Part shown: positions 60,489 to 64,000 of the stretch, in pieces
Layout: each line of letters begins with the position of its first letter
Numbering within the stretch: the first letter of the stretch is position 1
DNA from: Octopus sinensis
Taxonomy: Eukaryota
Length of the DNA stretch: 64,000 nt
NCBI RefSeq assembly: GCF_006345805.1
Contig: NC_043014.1
Location: forward strand, 26,722,001 to 26,786,000
Direction: 5' to 3'
Translations under genes and position numbers: made by a program
The notes under the pieces: generated by a model
The model's input: only the letters and a program-made list of their open reading frames with translations
Databases searched by the model: none
Told to the model about the DNA's origin: nothing

Positions 60489-62136
60489 CTAGCTGAAGGT
60501 GACCCGCTCTACGCGCGGGTAAGAGTGTGGTTGTTACTTTCTGTTGCTTCCTTTCAGCACGTAAAAAGCACCATCTGAACGTGGCCGATTGCAGCGCCGC
60601 CTTGACTGGCTTCTGTACCAGTGGCACGTAAAAAGCACCAACCGATTGTTGCCGCTGCGAGCCCCCCTGGCACCTGTGCCGGCGGCACGAAAAAAGCACC
60701 CACTACACTCACAGAGTGGTTGGCATTAGGAAGGTCATCCACCTGTAGAAACACTGCCAGATGAGACTGGAGCCTGGTGCAGCCTCCTGGCTTCCCAGAC
60801 CCCAGTCAAACTGTCCAACCCGTGCTAGGACGGAAAACGGACGTTAAATTTCACCTTTTGGTTAATATAACCCGATTTCATTCGGGTCTACTGGGGCCAC
60901 ATTTTATAAGATGAGGAATTTTGTCCTAGAGGTCACGCCTTTCATTTGAGGAAAAAAATAGTTGTCATGCAAACTTGCCAACACTTTTAACCCTTTCGTT
61001 ACCAAACCGCCCAAAGCCGCCCGAAAAAACTTTTGGTTAATGTGACCAAACCCGCCCGTATTTACCTATTCATATTTAAATGAGAACATCAGAGCAAATC
61101 TCTTTATTACATTCGTGAAAACACGTGATTATACTTCGTAAACAGTTCATCTACAGTTTTGTACAACAATCGAAGTGTAATTTTAATTCCGTGAATTTTG
61201 GGAGATTTTTTTCCAAAATTTGTTCCTATTGTGTTTTCAAATTTTGTAATTCTGACAAAAAATGGATACGAATTTCATCATATCAAGCAGCGAGTCAGAA
61301 TTCGAAGGATTTTCTACTGAAGACCTTGATAAATCTAACTCTATGAATGAAAAAAAAAAGCATGTGGTATTTGATAATGAATCTGATGTTTCATTTTCCG
61401 AAAGTGAAAACAGTGAATCCGAGAGCTCCGACAGCGATAAAGAAAATGAATTGGCACCTGAATGGAGTGAAAATTGAAAACTGTTTCTTTCGGTGATTTT
61501 TCTGAAGAAACTGGACCAAGCCACAGACTTTCCCAGGAGAGTAAGGCCTTAGACTATTTCTTTTTACTTTTTCGAATGAGCCTATTTGAAATCATTACGG
61601 TGGAAACGAACCGTTACGCTAAATGCAAACAAAGCGAAAGAAAGGATAGTTAGTGGTTTCCCACAACCTTAAATGAAATTAAGACTATTTTGCCATAAAT
61701 ATTATTATGGGTATCAGAAAGTTACCCAGAATAACAAATTCTATCATAAAATTTTGTTGTATACCCAATTGAATATTAGCTAATAACCCATTTACTATAA
61801 CGATGTTTGAACAAAATTTTAATAATTTTATATTTTGTTGAATTTACCTGTATCTACCTGCAATTAGAGTCACTTTGTGACAAAAATTATAGTATAGAAT
61901 TGGTTGAGAATATTTCATTCAATTATCTTCCAAAAATCACATTAATATATTGATAAATAAAAAAGTTATAGTTGTTTAATGAAACCAGACTAACTTTATG
62001 ATTATGTTAGAAATTAATTGAAACACATAAGGGGTGTATTTTGGTCAGAAATATAGTAACGAAAGGGTTCATAGGTGTGCATATTTTCAGCTGAACCGAC
62101 CGACCACATAATGCACACATTATATATATATATATA

Positions 62137-62184
<48 letters not shown>

Positions 62185-62882
62185 CGCATTATATATACAA
62201 ATTATATATATGTATAAATTAAATTAGAGATAAAACCACTAATAGGCAAAAAAAACAAAAACAAAAACATAAAAATAAAAATATAATATAGAAAATATAT
62301 AAAATTGAAAAATTTGAATTATTTAAATTTAAAATAAAAATTATTAAATTATATTTATAATTTGTTTTAAAATATATATAACTATCAAAAAGTATTAAAA
62401 AGTTTAATATACATAAATACAGATATATACACTTTGTATATATACGTTATATATACATATTTATATATCGAACACACACACACACACATATATATAAATG
62501 AACGCAATGAATATCTGATTCATAATATTTGTTCTCATGATTGTGTGTTGTTGGTAGCGATGATAATTCTCCCTATGCATGCAGACAGATACATCAAAGA
62601 AAGCCGTCTGACGAACTTATAAAGGGAAAGTGAAAGGGAGTTGAGGGGAATACATTAAATAACGGTAGTGGAATTCACAAAGTTATAAATGAAGGGGAGT
62701 AAGAGAGGGAAAGGAGGAAATAGCGTGAGTGAGGAAGATGGCCCCTAGCAACCACACCTTTCAAGATAGGGATTTCGTCACCTCATTCTACATGTCACTG
62801 TAAATTTTGGAGTCAATCCGACGGGGTGTAGTGGCATTGAAAGCGATCCAAGCGGTAAAAACGCATTTCAGTTTTATATAGA
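60489..62882 (-). mobile_element. Non-autonomous Helitron, unit 2, interrupted by an RTE tail and a piggyBac
   Basis: Same CTAG/hairpin end at 60489; 62480-62882 is homologous to 60000-60482. Confidence 0.6.
60991..62067 (+). mobile_element. Internally deleted piggyBac transposon
   Basis: TTAA|ccctttcgttac ... gtaacgaaaggg|TTCA (12-bp TIR, one TSD mutated); acidic N-terminus MDTNFIISSSESEFEGF and LFEIITVETNRYA motif. Confidence 0.85.
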
Positions 62883-62886
62883 GAGA

Positions 62887-63530
62887 CTAGCTGAAGGTGA
62901 CCCGCTCTACGCGCGGGTAAGAGTGTGGTTGTTACTTTCTGTTGCTTCCTTTCAGCACGTAAAAAGCACCATCCGAACGTGGCCGATTGCAGCGCCGCCT
63001 TGACTGGCTTCTGTGCTGGTGGCACGTAAAAAGCACCAACCGATCGTGGCCGTTGCCAGTACCCCTGGCACCTGTGCCGGCGGCACGAAAAAGGCACCCA
63101 CTACGCTCACAGAGTTGTTGGCGTTAGGAAAGGCATCCACCTGTAGAAACACTGCCAGATGAGACTGGAGCCTGGTGCAGCCTCCTGGCTTCCCAGACCC
63201 CAGTCAAACTGTCCAACCCGTGCTAGCACGGAAAACGGACGTTAAACGATGATGATGATGATGATGTTTCTCCCTCTTTGTTTCTTTCTTCTTTCTCTCT
63301 CACTTTCCCCACTCTCTTACTCTTCCTTTCTCTCGGACTCTCCCTCGCTTTCTCTTACTCTCTATCTTTTTTCTATCTATCTCCCATTTATAAACAACAA
63401 AAGATCTTGAGTAAGTTGAGAAATAAAATATTTAGAAAGATCAATCATAAATATCAGGCAGTAACAACGGAAAGGTCTGCTTCAAGGCAGACAGCAAAAC
63501 ACTAACATTTAAAAGGGACAGACGAACTTG
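62887..63530 (-). mobile_element. Non-autonomous Helitron, unit 3 (partial), with the same RTE-tail insert as unit 2
   Basis: 62887-63245 is close to 60489-60848; 63265-63520 is close to 59715-59965. Confidence 0.65.
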
Positions 63531-64000
63531 CGAGCTGAATAAAAATAATAAAATATTGGAAAGCAAAGTTTGAAGGGATAGAATCTGAGGGTAGTAAAGT
63601 CACCATGACTGGCATTTCTTAACGACGGACAGCAACGTATTGACAGTTTAACGGCTGGCGTAAAATTTTGAACTTGATGTAAAAGAAAATCCCTAAACAT
63701 CAAGTTTTGAAGTGATTCTTTCTCACAACAGTAGACTCACCATGGCAAGCATTCAAAACTTCATCATGGACGGCAACACATTGACGATTAAAAGGCTGGC
63801 GCAAATTTTTTAGCTTGATGTAACAGAGAATTCCTAAACACCCGCTCCTTGAAATTTTAATCCCCTTCCAGCCCCATTTAGACCCCTTTTCACATTTTGG
63901 TTAATATAACGCGATTTCATTCGGGTGTACTGGGGCCACATTTTATAAGATGAGGAATTTTGTCCTAGAGGTCACGCCTTTCATTTGAGGAAAAAAAATA

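Noticed and set aside
53317-64000. SLC7 exon 6 onward (TF...W..P..VA.S..G)
   Set aside because: Not found by eye; probably beyond the window.
1-64000. CRISPR arrays, rRNA, prokaryotic operons
   Set aside because: No repeat-spacer arrays or rRNA motifs; the sequence is eukaryotic with spliceosomal introns.

Overview
Eukaryotic, AT-rich, microsatellite-dense genomic DNA. The tRNA-head SINE families and repeat content are most consistent with an octopod cephalopod, which is an inference. Two host-like coding units are supported. (1) An intronless 267-aa ORF at 300-1103 has an N-terminal CARD followed by a degenerate, probably catalytically dead caspase-like domain. (2) Five + strand exons (33730-53316) with consistent GT-AG phases encode the N-terminal ~340 aa of an SLC7/LAT-type amino-acid transporter whose TM1 GSG motif is replaced by HVS; I did not find the remaining exons in the window. 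The rest is mostly transposable elements: one apparently intact, full-length, GC-rich RTE LINE (19431-23012, 8-bp TSD, candidate HDV-like ribozyme in the 5' UTR), plus decayed RTE, CR1-like, L1/Tx1, R4/Dong-type, Penelope, Helitron, Helentron-type, Academ, mariner, piggyBac and possible Merlin elements. There are also many SINEs, several long DNA palindromes and foldbacks, and an inverted pair of minimal hammerhead ribozyme motifs carrying a compensatory U3-A8 core pair. No CRISPR array, rRNA or genuine tRNA gene was seen. All family calls come from manual motif recognition; no database searches were run.
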